Source of the DNA: Alphaproteobacteria bacterium
GTDB lineage: Bacteria; Pseudomonadota; Alphaproteobacteria; UBA828
NCBI GenBank assembly: GCA_965237415.1
Contig: CBDEFM010000002.1
Location: forward strand, 1,248,001-1,312,000
Length of the DNA: 64,000 nucleotides
Reading direction: 5' to 3'
This document shows, in pieces, positions 63,218 through 64,000 of this stretch (position 1 is its first letter; every line of letters begins with the position of its first letter). The translations under genes were made by a program, and so were the position numbers. The notes under the pieces are model-generated. The model was not told where the DNA came from, ran no database searches, and worked only from the letters and a program-made list of their open reading frames with translations.

Positions 63218-64000
63218 GTGGCCAAGACAGTTCTGTTCAGCCATCCCGTGTGCGCGGACCACGACCCCGGCACGCGTCACCCTGAGTCGGGCGCAAGGCT
63301 GCGAGCGATCGAGGATGCGCTCGCCGCCGAGGCTTTCGCAGATCTCGAGCGCCGCGAGGCGCCGGTCGGCGAGCCCGAAAGCCTCGCCTGGGCGCACGAC
63401 AAGCAGCTGGTGGACGCCATTCTCGCCAACGTGCCCGACGAGGGACGGGTGGCGATCGACGCCGACACGGTCATGTCGCCGGCCTCCGGCGAAGCAGCGC
63501 GGCGTGCGGCGGGCGCGGTGACGGCTGCGGTGGACGCGGTGCTCACCGGCGAGGTGGACAACGCCTTCTGCGCGGTGCGCCCGCCCGGCCACCATGCCGA
63601 GCCGCGCCGGCCGATGGGGTTCTGCCTCTTCAACAACGTCGTGATCGGCGCCGAGCGGGCGCGGCGCGCCCACGGGCGTACGCGCATCGCCGTGGTCGAC
63701 TTCGACGTCCATCACGGCAACGGCACCCAGGCGGCGTTCGAAAGCGACGGCGATCTCTTTTTCGGCTCGACCCATCAATCGCCGCTCTACCCGGGCACGG
63801 GCGCTGCGCGCGAGACGGGCGTCGGCAACATCGTCAACGCGCCGCTTTCGGCGGGCACGGGCTCGGCCGGCTTCCGCGATGCGATGGAGAGCCGCCTGCT
63901 GCCGGCGCTCCGCACACATCGCCCGGAGCTGATCCTGATCTCGGCCGGCTTCGACGCGCACCGCGACGATCCCCTGGCGAACCTGGAGCTCGTCGAGGAG
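63218..64000 (+). CDS. Histone deacetylase family protein (runs off the window edge)
   Basis: HPES, RPPGHHAE, GFCLFNN, DFDVHHGNGTQ, SAGFDAH motifs; GTG start after GGAGG. Confidence 0.92.
   Translation, partial: MAKTVLFSHPVCADHDPGTRHPESGARLRAIEDALAAEAFADLERREAPVGEPESLAWAHDKQLVDAILANVPDEGRVAIDADTVMSPASGEAARRAAGAVTAAVDAVLTGEVDNAFCAVRPPGHHAEPRRPMGFCLFNNVVIGAERARRAHGRTRIAVVDFDVHHGNGTQAAFESDGDLFFGSTHQSPLYPGTGAARETGVGNIVNAPLSAGTGSAGFRDAMESRLLPALRTHRPELILISAGFDAHRDDPLANLELVEE

Overview
High-GC bacterial chromosome segment, most consistent with an alphaproteobacterium (gltD-gltB order, gyrA-coaD-queA-tgt cluster, NDUFA9-like protein, alphaproteobacterial palindromic repeats). The first ~18 kb is mainly housekeeping (mnhEFG, purM, RNase D-like exonuclease, uppP, gltDB, tgt, queA, coaD, gyrA). 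After a tRNA-Ser(CGA) comes a shuffled accessory/catabolic region: hydroquinone-type dioxygenase, formamidase, molybdenum hydroxylase, voltage-gated channel, GMC oxidoreductase cluster, PPK2, TcuA, a kinase/class-III aminotransferase pair, DegQ and an HDAC-family gene. It contains three lower-GC islets (Mrr, wecB/wecC with IS256, heparinase II/III). The most unusual signals are non-coding. (i) A dispersed ~260-390 bp element occurs three times, with a copy-number-variable ATCCCACTT tail and internal tandem expansions. (ii) Several repeat families share a TAGCCCG terminus that supplies the TAG stop codon of three genes. (iii) Four direct duplications (14, 26, 31, 59 bp) flank inserts of 3, 3, 176 and 1015 bp; two frameshift genes and one brackets a HicAB-like cassette. 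All functional calls come from motif recognition by eye; no database search was run.
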